64,000 bases of DNA from NCBI GenBank assembly GCA_000004985.1, contig GG738890.1; one strand, given 5' to 3'. Position 1 is the stretch's first letter. Every line of letters starts with the position of its first letter. The notes under the pieces were generated by a model. The model made no database searches. It was given only the letters and a program-made list of their open reading frames with translations, and was not told the DNA's origin. This document shows, piece by piece, positions 21,361 to 32,038 of this stretch. Position numbers and translations under genes: made by a program. This stretch comes from Naegleria gruberi (lineage: Eukaryota).

Positions 21361-21870
21361 TCTAGTACGTGATGTACTTTGATGATTCTTCGAGTGGTTT
21401 CACATCCGTAAGCTGCCAAACGTTCACATCATCATCTCAACATCATCTAAATAGTAGTAATAGTAGTAATTTTTATTATTGGACTTTCATCATAAAATAG
21501 TAAATCAATTTTTGGATTATAATTTTTCAAGTTGGTAAACCATCATCGGAACACTCACCAACCGTCATCATAGATATATTTAATATAGTAGAATAGTATG
21601 GGTGATTTCTATGTCTTGGAAATATCTTTATTTTGGTGAAACTCAACATTTTACTAAAATCATCCTCACTGTTGAATCCATTGGAAAGATTGGAAAACTA
21701 TTAATGTAGGATTGTTGGAAATGGTCAATAGTAGCATAGTAAATTTTGAACAGTGGATTTTCATCAAGTTTTAATAGGGATAGGTACATGTGAATTTTAA
21801 AAAGTACATGTACCATTACTCAACATGTACTTGACCAACTTGGAAATCTTCTAGTACTATTGTTTAAATC
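21361..21870. repeat. Interstitial copy of the subtelomeric repeat (about 75-80% identical to 62831..63535)
   Basis: It shares ordered blocks with the terminal repeat: cgagtggtttcacatc, caaac.ttcacatcatcatctcaacat, tagtagtaat..agtaatttttatt, aagttggtaaaccatcatcgga.cactcaccaacc.tcatcat, gataggtacatgt...caacatgtacttgaccaacttggaaa. Confidence 0.6.
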
Positions 21871-22695
21871 ACTAATAAACACCATATTTAATATCAGTTT
21901 TTCATTATTTTGTGTTTTGGCTTGGAGAGTGATTTCTAGCCAAACCTTTTATCATTCACTCCTTCAAGAGTGATTCAAAAATTATCAAACTCATTGTGAA
22001 CATTACACAATGATATTAAAATAATAAAATTCTTGTTTTTTCTTTTTATTTCATTTCTTTCACCTTAAATCGAACAATTAACCTTATTTCCTTAAACATC
22101 ATTAAGATCAAATTGAATTTCAAAGATAACCAACTTTTTCAACATCTCAAATCCTACACGTTATAGGGATCACACTCATATCAATTAATCCTATTTTTCA
22201 TTTTCAGTAAAAAATCAAAATTTGAACTTTCCAAAGTTTACTATTTACCTGAATTGTTTGAGAAGGAAACTTCTCATAAAAAGAAGGGTAGTTACCCAAC
22301 AGTGTTTTAATCAACTAAGTCAAATTATTTCATGTCATTCTTAAATTTGAGACAGAAAGAGTGAAATCTTTGATTTTAGTGAATATTCCACAACAGAGGT
22401 GTTGTGTTTGTTACCGTCACACCGTCAATTAGTATCTCCTCCTAATTATACTAATGGGTATTAAAGCTCAGGGACTGTTTCACCTTTAAGGTGATTCAGC
22501 CTTGAGACCTGCTTTAATGGATATAAATCTTTATTAGCAGGTCCCGAGATTAATAAATATGGCTCTTATAAAAAACTTATCAATAGTATTAGTAAAGATA
22601 AGAAAAAAATTAGGAGATGCGAATAGGAGGCATAAACTAAATTGAAATTAAAATAAAAAAGATATCATTCGATGAACATTTCAATATGAATGTAA

Positions 22696-22769
22696 GCAGC
22701 GATAGATCAGTTGGTTAGATCGTAAGCCTAACACGCTTAAGGTCGCGGGTTCAAGCCCCGCTCGCTGTA
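22696..22769 (+). tRNA. tRNA-Val (anticodon AAC)
   Basis: Cloverleaf: acceptor GCAGCGA/TCGCTGT, D-stem GATC/GATC, anticodon stem TAAGC/GCTTA with loop CTAACAC (AAC). T-arm GCGGG-TTCAAGC-CCCGC. Discriminator A, followed by a downstream T-run. Confidence 0.9.
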
Positions 22770-22951
22770 TCCATTTTATTTTCTAATTATTTTTGACGTA
22801 ACCAATTCCAAAGAATTCAACCAACAATTGGACTGCAGTTTCGTCCAATATTTGAATTGTATAACTGAAAGGGTTAATTAGAATTGGTCCCCTTGGTGAT
22901 TATTTCATGTCTTGTGCTCTTGCTTTTTATTGAATTTCTAATTAGAAAGTA

Positions 22952-24493
22952 CTATTCTTTAGCATTTTTCATTCTCATTGATTGCATTGCTTGACTAATC
23001 TCCTTATTGGAAGATTTCAATCTTTCGAATAAATCAGACATGTCCAATAAACAGTGATTTTCCAATTTTTCAAAGAAATTCAAATCCAAACTTTCACTTT
23101 CTTCGATAAGTTTCGAATATTCTACATTCTTCTGTTGAATATAAGGAATATTCAATTCGAAAGGTGAACCAATCGTTAAATAATTCTCAACAATCTTTCT
23201 CGCATGATTTTTCACAACTTGTTGGTCAACTGAACGTTTCTTGAAAATTTCCTTAAATTTCTGAATATCTTTCCAAGACGAAACACTTTCCACACAGAAA
23301 GAACGTCTCGCAAAATCCAAAACAATCTCAAAATATTTTCTATTCAGTAAAATTAATTCAACTTCTGATTTTTCTTCAACTTGAGTTTCGGTTTGATTCG
23401 TTTTCTTTGAATTTAAATATTGAGAAACTGCTCCATACACAGCAGGTCCAAACGTATAAATCAAAACTTCACACAATGAATAAACTGTCAGGGTATATCC
23501 AAAAGGTAGAAAATAATCAACCAATGATGAAATGACATCGATTCCTGTCATTACTCCAAATGAAATAATTCCAACAAGTTGAATCACCAAAAGTATGACA
23601 GTATCTCTCTTGATATTCCATGTATCCTTATCTGAGATCATTGCAAGAATAATGGAAACAAATTCCAATATGAAAAACATTACAAAAACACATGCCAAAA
23701 GGATTACAAAATTTGTGCTCAATGCACAGCCATGTGAAAAGTTAAAGAACCCAGTGTCTGGAATCATGATTTTGGGTGATGAGGGATTGGATTGATACAT
23801 GGTTTCTTCCACAGCTCCCAAAATTATCCATAATAAGATGACGCCAAATGTCAATAGAAAATAACAAATCATCATGAATTTGTAACTTGCCAAGAATGTG
23901 AATATTTTCATTTTCAACTTCTTTTTCCTATCCAATAACATGCTTTCTCCATCCTCCTGTTTGATCGATGTTTGAATTGTTTCCTCCTTCATGGTACTTG
24001 TCAACTCAATTTGACTTGTATTTTGCATGTCGTGCATGGATGACGAAATTTCACCACTACTCAAAGATTTGACATTAAAACTCTTCAACAGATTCAACCT
24101 ATACAATGCAAACAATCGAATACATCTAAAACTGGTCGGCATTGTAAACATTGCAGGGATTAGAATAAAAACTAGAGTAAACAATCCACATGGAAAAATC
24201 TGTCGTCCAATGGCCAACCGAAACAACAATAATCCTGTCAAAGTACAATGAGCACACACTGAAAAAACCAAATAGAATGGGTCTCTTGCCTTTACATAAC
24301 CAGATTTTCTATAAATTATTGTCAAAATTATTCCACTCAACCCGAAAATAAACATGGCAGCAATGAACATTGATGAAGTAATTGTGGTGGAAACAAAGTC
24401 AGGACATAGACCATATTTTTCGGTGGAATTGTTGGAAAGAAGTAGTGGATGACAAGTGGAATTAGTAGAGGAGGTGATGTTTTGTGTGGTCAT
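22952..24493 (-). CDS. Seven-transmembrane receptor with C-terminal RGS domain (7TM-RGS, AtRGS1-like architecture)
   Basis: About 7-8 hydrophobic helices in the N-terminal 330 aa. C-terminal RGS-like block: FEIVLDFARRSFCVESVSSWKDIQKFKEIFKK...ARKIVENYLTIGSPFELNIPYIQ. Confidence 0.75.
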   Translation of the reverse strand: MTTQNITSSTNSTCHPLLLSNNSTEKYGLCPDFVSTTITSSMFIAAMFIFGLSGIILTIIYRKSGYVKARDPFYLVFSVCAHCTLTGLLLFRLAIGRQIFPCGLFTLVFILIPAMFTMPTSFRCIRLFALYRLNLLKSFNVKSLSSGEISSSMHDMQNTSQIELTSTMKEETIQTSIKQEDGESMLLDRKKKLKMKIFTFLASYKFMMICYFLLTFGVILLWIILGAVEETMYQSNPSSPKIMIPDTGFFNFSHGCALSTNFVILLACVFVMFFILEFVSIILAMISDKDTWNIKRDTVILLVIQLVGIISFGVMTGIDVISSLVDYFLPFGYTLTVYSLCEVLIYTFGPAVYGAVSQYLNSKKTNQTETQVEEKSEVELILLNRKYFEIVLDFARRSFCVESVSSWKDIQKFKEIFKKRSVDQQVVKNHARKIVENYLTIGSPFELNIPYIQQKNVEYSKLIEESESLDLNFFEKLENHCLLDMSDLFERLKSSNKEISQAMQSMRMKNAKE

Positions 24494-24903
24494 TCTTTTT
24501 TATTAGAAAGTGGGAGATGGTCAACCGGTGCAGAAATGAAATGGTGGGAGCACATGAACAATGTACTACGAAGCTCTGCAATAGTATGACTAAACTTACA
24601 GAATACTAACTAATAAACCAGAGCTCTTCGTTATGCAACAGTTGATGGATGACACTTTGGGAAGAGTTAGTACATTGAAGGTTACAAGATAATATTGCTG
24701 ACAGCTAATCACAGCAATTAGTTTGCTCACTTAATCTTTTTGAAGTTCAAATTAGATTTTACAATGAATATTGGTTGCTTATTTTTGATTGATTTAGTTC
24801 TTGTAAAGAATCACGATTTGAATCTTTTTTGGGTTTTTTCACGTTTCATTTTGCTTTTTTTCAGGCATTTGCTGTTGTGTTTCTTGAAAATAAATATAAA
24901 AAA

Positions 24904-25302
24904 ATGTTTTCAGAAACAATTCAAACTCAATTCTACTCTTTCTTGATTGGTATTCTTTGTTTTGCTATGAGTAGTGTAGCTTCATCAGCACTCTCGAAAG
25001 GCAAAAAGGAAAGTGTTTCCCACCATAATAATTCTCATACGAAACAAGACGATTCAGATTTATGGAATTTTACTGTCTCCCAAAGAAAAAATGAATTGAG
25101 GGAAGAACGTAGAGTGGTCCATAATCAACGTTCAAACAATTATGAAACAGTTCAATCTTTGGAAAAACAATTATCCGAAACTGAAGTTGCCCTTTTTATT
25201 GCTAGAGAACAATTGAGTGCTGCAAACAAGGAAAAGGAAGCGTTGGAAGAACAAGTTATTATTCAAGCTTGTCATATTCAAGACTTGGAGAACAAATTTT
25301 GA
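24904..25302 (+). CDS. Small signal-peptide/TM + coiled-coil protein (hypothetical)
   Basis: The listed ORF begins with TTG; the first ATG is at 24904 (MFSETIQTQFYSFLIGILCFAMSSVASS). A heptad-rich C-terminus follows. Confidence 0.35.
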   Translation: MFSETIQTQFYSFLIGILCFAMSSVASSALSKGKKESVSHHNNSHTKQDDSDLWNFTVSQRKNELREERRVVHNQRSNNYETVQSLEKQLSETEVALFIAREQLSAANKEKEALEEQVIIQACHIQDLENKF

Positions 25303-25407
25303 AGAAACTAGATATCAAAACAGTGAGCAATAAAATTAAGTACAAAAGAATATTTACGAGCTAGTCTTTTTATAATGATATTAAGGAACATTTCATTTTG
25401 AATGTAA

Positions 25408-25481
25408 GCAGCGATAGATCAGTTGGTTAGATCGTAAGCCTAACACGCTTAAGGTCGCGGGTTCAAGCCCCGCTCGCTGTA
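25408..25481 (+). tRNA. tRNA-Val (anticodon AAC), second identical copy
   Basis: 74 nt identical to 22696..22769. About 25 bp upstream (gaacatttca..tgaatgtaa) and 14 bp downstream (ctgtatccatttta) are also shared. Confidence 0.9.
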
Positions 25482-25563
25482 TCCATTTTACATTTCAATT
25501 TTATTGTCCAAGAATTTATTCTAATCTAATGTTCGTAACTTTACAATTTTTTTATTCACAAAT

Positions 25564-28343
25564 CTACAAATCAGCTTGGAATGATAAATCTTCTTCTAAT
25601 GGTTGTTCGACAAAGGCATCATCCTCTCCCATGTCTTCTCCAACTATATCTTCCATAGATAAGTTGAGAGCATCAGAGACAATACCCTTTGACAATGCCA
25701 TTCCCATAGTATTGAGGGAATTGCTATTTTGCCTTACTTCTATCTTTAAGAGCTTGATTGCTTCCTCTTGTTTTCTGTTGGCATCCCTTAATTGAGTGAT
25801 TAACTTTTCCTTTGCAGCATCCTCTGCTTCAAATTGTTGAAGGAGTACCTTGAGATCGTGAATTTCTTGTTGTAATGTCTTTAATTCACAAATCTTCTTC
25901 CAGTACTTGTCAGATCGTTCCTTGGCATCCTTGTACTTGTTCATGTATTTGAGAAGCACTTGGTGAGTTTGTTCCAATTCACTAACTCTTGCTTGTTCAT
26001 CCTTTCTGCTTTGACGTAAATCATTTTCCAATTGGAGAATGTACTTGTTGGTAAACTTAATGTCTTCCTTTCTCACCACTGTTTGAATGATTGTATTTCC
26101 AGATGATTTACCTGTTGAGGAAGGTGGAACTGAAGAAGAGGATCCATTTTCAACCTTATAAGCACTTCCACCAGCCACCGATCCTGCAGCACTGCCTTGA
26201 GTTGTTGGCGTTGACATTATAGTTGATGAGACCACTACTTGTGCCTTTCTTGCCTCATCCAATTCCTTACTGAGCTTTTCAATCTGAAGCTTGAGTTGCT
26301 CATTTTCTTCTCTAAACACTGTGTTGTCATTTTCTGCTTTTTCAAAGCTTTGTTTGAGATCAATATTGCTTTCTGTCAATTTCAAAACTTCCACCTTCAA
26401 TTGATCAGTAGTACCGGCCTTGTCCATCAGCTCTTTCTTTGTATTTTCAATGATGGTAATATGTTCTTGAGCATTATGCAATTTAAGCTTTAACTCTTCA
26501 ATGACAATATCATCTTCCTTTTTGACCTTCTCACAAGCTCTCTTCAATTTGGTTATTCTTGCTTTGTGGGCAGAGTTGAAGAGTTTTGTTGGAGCAATAC
26601 CCTTAACATCAGTTCCACGACCTGGAGAGAAAACAGCCTCTGGATAAACTTGACCCAGTTCAGAGGTATTTTGATTAATACCAAACATTATATCAATCCA
26701 TTTGTGTAAATTTTGGGAAACGTGTTCACACTCCAAGGCATCTCTAGCTTTTTGGATGAAATCTTTAGCACTCTCGGCCCAAGGTGGAAGGCTAACGTCA
26801 CCAGTTCCTCCCAGAGGAAGACTCTTAAAATTAATGAGAACCAATCCTTCACCACTGTACAAATCTGGAATTGTTTCTTTTGGATCACTTCCAGACACTA
26901 TACCCTCCCAACATTTCTCAAGAGACATGAAAAGCTTATTGGTATCAATGAATTTGCCGTCATTAAAATGGAACATGATATCAGGATAACATCTCACCAA
27001 ATAGGAGAGGATATTTTCATAAGTCATGCAGAAATTGTCACATACTGGCCTTTCCAACTTTTTCCTTGCGGCAGAGTTGATGCATCCAATATGTTTGGAC
27101 AAGTCTCTGAATGTGGCAGGGTTTTCAAGATCTAACTTTTCTGATTTCAAATCAGCAAAAATCCAAGGGAAGATTGGATACAAGTAGACATCATTCAATG
27201 TACGCCCAGCGTATCTGTTAAGATTTTGGATATATTCGAAAGTGGAGAGATAACCTGTCACCCATTGTTCTTGATCTCTTTTCACTGATTCATTAATATC
27301 GATCATGCTGTTTTGTCCATAGCTGATCTTTTCAAATGTTGCATCTCTTTCCTCTTCCTTATCAAAGATGAAGAGTGCAGAGGATTCATTATGTAAATGC
27401 ATGACAAATGCTTTGGATCCATTCAAATATTCTGTTTTTACAAGTGCCAATACAGATGATGGGGAAAGTTTTAAAATGTGAGGCTCACCACCAAAACAAA
27501 AGTTTGGTTGGAAGTACACTCTTTTTGAGGAAATTGCAAATTTACCTCTCAACTTTTCAAATGAAGAAATCATGAGAGCTGAGGTAGTGTAAGAAACACT
27601 TTCATCCTCAGTCAGCCATCCAGTATTGAATGGTGTTCTCTTTTCAATCATTTCAACCATGTCTGCAAGTTGTTGATTTCTTGTTTTGTCATCCTTTGTA
27701 AGAATTACTGATTGCATTCTTTCTAACAAATCGTAAACCTTTTGGAAGTTTTCTTTTTGAATACCTAATGTAATTTTTGTAATCTGTGTGATTAATTGAT
27801 GATGAGTTTAAGGATTTTAAAATCATATAAACCAGTAAGAATAGCCATGAACATCATTCCAAAAATAATTGAAAACATACCTTCATCTTACTGTGATCCT
27901 TGCTATCAATTAAACAAACTCTTGCAGTTGAAATCGTCACTGTGGAACATTTCTTTGAAAATCCCTTTGCAGCTGCCTTCTTAATGTTCGAAATATCCTT
28001 AGTCAGAATACGATAAACTGGAAGTGTAAAATCCTCAGGACAGAAGGTTAATGATTTTGTGGCGAGAACAAGATGACCTCTTGGGTGATCATCTTCCTTT
28101 GTATTGACTTGAATATATGTTGAATGACTTGGGAGAATTTCCAATATCTCTTCATCACTCTCCAAGTACATGGATGAAAATCGAACACATGCCGGTTTGG
28201 CCTTAAAGAAATCTATAGGTGATGATTTGTCAGAGTTGTCATTGTTATTATTGTCGTTTGCAGAGTTGTTATTGTAGATGTGAGTGAACAATATAGAATT
28301 TTTTATTATTAGACCATCATAACGGCTAGTACTTACTCAACAT
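25564..28343 (-). CDS. BEACH-domain protein (PH-like + BEACH, C-terminal coiled-coil, no WD40), 3 exons
   Basis: BEACH motifs: YLSTFEYIQNLNRYAGRTLNDVYLYPIFPWIFADLKSEKLDLENPATFRDLSKHIG...LPPWAESAKDFIQKARDALECEHVSQNLHKWIDIMFG. Intron 27753..27891 runs from a GTAAGA donor to an aaaaag acceptor. The PH-like exon is 27892..28212. A putative 7-nt first coding exon ATGTTGA sits at 28337..28343 and is followed by a GTAAGT donor. Confidence 0.75.
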
Positions 28344-28858
28344 TTTTGTCTCAATAAAAACGTAAGGCTTTTCTAGGGTTGTTTGTCGACAATTTTTTTA
28401 ATGTTGTGATTTTAATAATTTTTTGGAGGGAAACTTCTACAACCCATCAACAAGACTTCTCTCCACATTGTTATTGGCAGTTGAAGATTCCGATGAAGAA
28501 TCCTGTTGTGGCTCTATGAAATCAGTGAACGACTGCATTGAGCCTTATTACCATTTCCCCATGAAACGGCTATGTTTGTACTAGCTAGTTTATAGTGGCA
28601 TTCATTTTCATTATCATTAGGTTTTGTGTAAAATTCAAGGATTTTCTCCTGTATTGTTCCTATTTGTTAGTAGACTAGATCAAATAATTGACAACTTTTT
28701 CTTTACATTAAAATACAAGAAGGATTTATATTATTAAAATTATTAGATGTTTGATTATCAAATATACATTTTGTGGAAAATAATTGTAGAATTACAACTA
28801 TGACAAGTTTGTTGTTGTTGTATGGGATGATGACTTAGATTTTCTCTCGGCTAAACAA

Positions 28859-29404
28859 TTAATAATAGGTTCCCTTCATGTAGTTCTTTGCTTTACGTTT
28901 AAAGTCTTCTGGTTGATCGACGTAGTGCTTGGCAGCATCAACATCGAGAGGATCATCGGGATTTGGTTCGAGGAAGAGGAAGTGAAGACCAGTAAAGATG
29001 GCATTCAAGTTCAAAACTGGCTTCCAGTCAGCTCTCAAAATATTCAAACAAACAGCACCATTTTGATCAATATTTGGGTGCCATACTTTTGTTTTACAAA
29101 TAACCTTTGGAGGCTTGATTGGATATTCGTTTGGAATGTTAATTTCAAATTCGTGTGGGTGAGCCTTCCAAATTCCGTCATCAGGAACAAGGACAAGAGT
29201 CATCTTGTTGAGTTTGTTAGCATCGTCAATTTTTAAATTATCAGACCACTTCTTTTCAAGTTCATCAAGATCTTTTTGAACACGAATTTGATAACCAGTG
29301 CTACGACCACCACCACTGGCAATAATACCTGTTACACCTTGGGTGGCTTGAGGAGTACCTGATTGTTGTTCCTTTTCCTTTTGAATACGGGCTTTGGCAA
29401 ACAT
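28859..29404 (-). CDS. ube2m: NEDD8-conjugating enzyme E2 (Ubc12/UBE2M)
   Basis: UBC fold with HPNIDQNGAVCLNILRADWKPVLNLNAIFTGLHFLFLEPNPDDPL. The N-terminus MFAKARIQKEKEQ...IRVQKDLDEL is the Ubc12-type extension. The listed ORF starts at GTG; the first ATG is at 29402-29404. Confidence 0.9.
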   Translation of the reverse strand: MFAKARIQKEKEQQSGTPQATQGVTGIIASGGGRSTGYQIRVQKDLDELEKKWSDNLKIDDANKLNKMTLVLVPDDGIWKAHPHEFEINIPNEYPIKPPKVICKTKVWHPNIDQNGAVCLNILRADWKPVLNLNAIFTGLHFLFLEPNPDDPLDVDAAKHYVDQPEDFKRKAKNYMKGTYY

Positions 29405-29736
29405 TCTAGTATTTTTTTTTATAATAAAAATAAATTCCTGTTCTTTTGTTAATAAAATTTTATTCAGCACAAGTTCTTTCTCTTTACAATTCTTTAAAAA
29501 TAGAACAAGGTGTTGTTTTTAAAAACTTGGGATGAACTCTCTTACAATTATTTTCATCATCAGATGACAATAACAGAGGGTGTTATCAAATTATTCTTCT
29601 TCTTAGGGAAGTGCTAACTAACAGTGAGCAGTATTATGAAGAACTTCATCACCTACAATTTGTTAAAATATTTCCTGATCATCAAAAACGTTATCCATGA
29701 CAATGATGATAACTTTTAACATCATCTTGATAACAT

Positions 29737-31200
29737 TTAAAAACCATCAAAGTTAGTATCACTCAAGTAGGATTGTCTTGATGAGCTTCTACTATCATTG
29801 ACAGGCATAAATTCACAAACAAAATCATTCCACTCAGCAAAAACATTGGCCAACTCCTTGCTCGGATCGCTTCTACCACCAAGAATCATCATTTGGTCAT
29901 CAGAGAAATCGGATGTAGAAACACCATTAGATTGTAAATTGAACATTCTTTCTTCAATTTCAATTTCTCTTCTGATAAATTCATCTTCATCTTGACAATT
30001 ATCAAAACAAGTTTCATCATATGATTCTTGTTGATAGGTTGGTGAGGCAACATCTAATTTACATTCGTATGGAACAATGGCTGAACCTTCACAGAGAAGA
30101 ATTTCCTGTTGGTCAAAGTTGTACACTGACTCGTCAACTAGATCATCTTCCAAGCTAATTGGAGCATTTCTAATATCAAAGTCTTGTCTCTTTTCTGATT
30201 TTATGAGAGGAGCTGATGATGGTCTAATGATAAGTTGTTGTTGACTTGTTGTTGAGGTGGTAATCATTTGGAAAGGATCTTCATTACACAATAAATCACC
30301 TTCGTTGGAGAGGTGACTATCTGTGCTACTAACATTGGAAACACTTCTCTTCTTTCTACTTTGAATACTGGATGAGGAGCTCTTTTTAGCTTCAGTTTCA
30401 AGGGTATCCTTGAGTTTTTCTGGAATTGGAACATTTGAATTACAGGTAATGTTGGTTCTCGAGATTGGTCTACCTTTTCCTTCTTGTTCATACTTTCTAA
30501 GCATGATCCATCTGTGTCTGCATTGAATATCAGTTCTTCCTTGGAATGAATCAGCAATACTCTTCCAAGCACTTTCACCAAATTCTCTGACCTTATCAAT
30601 GAGGATGTTATCTTCCTCTTCATTCCATGGTTTTTTACAAATCTTTGGATTTAAGACTCTCCACCAATGTTGATTACATTGGTCGCTATTCTTTGTGGCT
30701 ACCATCTTGGCAATTTCATTCCACTTCTTTTCACCATACTTTTCAATGGCTTTGAGGAGGAGTTCATTTTCATTCTTGGTCCATCTGTTGCAACTCTTTC
30801 TCTTACCATTGGCACCATCATCAGTTGGTGAAGTTGGTTCCGATTTAACCTTTGGTGGTTTTGTTGATGATTTTGAGGCACTGTTCTTTCTCTTAGTTTT
30901 TGATGTTTTAGTGATGGAATTAATTGGTGTACGAGGGAGGGCAGCAATATCAAAGTCTTCCTCTGGTTCCTTCTTTGGTGGCATTGTTGAAACAACAGAG
31001 GCCATAGCTTTCTGTTGTTGTTGCTGTTGTTGCAAGAGGATGGTTGTATGATTAAGGGAGCTGTACAAAACTGATGAGGTATTACCAAGGACCATATTAA
31101 TAGGAGCTGATGTTATAGTCATTGGTGTTATGGAGGATGAGGATATTTCAATCCCCGAGTTAAGGCCGGTTGGGCTACTGGTTCTAGAACTTTTCACCAT
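29737..31200 (-). CDS. Myb-domain (R2R3-type) DNA-binding protein
   Basis: Two Myb/SANT repeats: RWTKNENELLLKAIEKYGEKKWNEIAKMV...QCNQHWWRVLNP and KPWNEEEDNILIDKVREFGESAWKSIADSF.GRTDIQCRHRWIML. There is a poly-Q tract, and a CAA/CAG repeat at about 31020. Confidence 0.7.
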   Translation of the reverse strand: MVKSSRTSSPTGLNSGIEISSSSITPMTITSAPINMVLGNTSSVLYSSLNHTTILLQQQQQQQKAMASVVSTMPPKKEPEEDFDIAALPRTPINSITKTSKTKRKNSASKSSTKPPKVKSEPTSPTDDGANGKRKSCNRWTKNENELLLKAIEKYGEKKWNEIAKMVATKNSDQCNQHWWRVLNPKICKKPWNEEEDNILIDKVREFGESAWKSIADSFQGRTDIQCRHRWIMLRKYEQEGKGRPISRTNITCNSNVPIPEKLKDTLETEAKKSSSSSIQSRKKRSVSNVSSTDSHLSNEGDLLCNEDPFQMITTSTTSQQQLIIRPSSAPLIKSEKRQDFDIRNAPISLEDDLVDESVYNFDQQEILLCEGSAIVPYECKLDVASPTYQQESYDETCFDNCQDEDEFIRREIEIEERMFNLQSNGVSTSDFSDDQMMILGGRSDPSKELANVFAEWNDFVCEFMPVNDSRSSSRQSYLSDTNFDGF

Positions 31201-32038
31201 TTGATTATCAAATGATTATATTGAAAACGGTTTAAAAAGTAGAGTGTATTTTTCTTGAGGGTCTCAGTTTGTTCAAAACAGAATTGGAGGACGTGTGTTC
31301 TCTTATTGTGTTACGTCTCTTGTTCGTTGTTGCTCTTTGTACAGCGCGGCAACTGTGTGTTGTACTTTTTTTCTATGGATGAAATTGTGTTCCTTAGGCG
31401 GGACTCTTTTAAAACTTAACGTTTATTGAGAAGTTGAGGAAACAATTCTTGAACAAACCGCTCTACCCGAATGTCTCTGGCGCCAAATGAAATTCTTAAC
31501 GCCTCAATGACCATTATGGACTAGCATCTCACCTTATTTGTCTTATTCTGCTCTTCAATTTGTTTTTCCAAGTTGTTGAAAAATTTTGGAGGTAAAAGAA
31601 AAAGTGATGGTGACTGCCGTTGTAGTTTTACTTCTTCAAGAAGAAGCATCATCAATGATCATTAAATTTGATGGTTTTTTATTATTTTAAATGTGAGGTG
31701 ATGAAACAATGTAAATGGGATTTGATGGTTCTTGATGGACTAGATAGGGATGAAATGATTCGGAATGGAATAATTATCGGAAGAAGAGGGTTTAATGGCA
31801 CAACTATTAAATTCTAGATTGTTGTGATTATAATTGAAAAGAATGTGTTTGTTGGGAATTCACAAACAATATTCTTCTAAAAATCCCGTATTTGATATTT
31901 ATGGACATGGTTTGGAATTCACAACTCAAACATTTTGAAAAAATTCATGGTGGAGAGTTGTTCTCTCACAAAACAGTTTCAATCCAACAAAAAAAGCAAC
32001 ACAACAACCTTCTACCTTTCTAAATCCTGCAACTAACA

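Noticed and set aside
22486-22540. Imperfect inverted repeat gagacctgct...agcaggtccc with a 22-nt loop
   Set aside because: Only 9 of 10 bases pair, and there is no flanking conservation or nearby RNA-gene features. It is compatible with chance in 64 kb.
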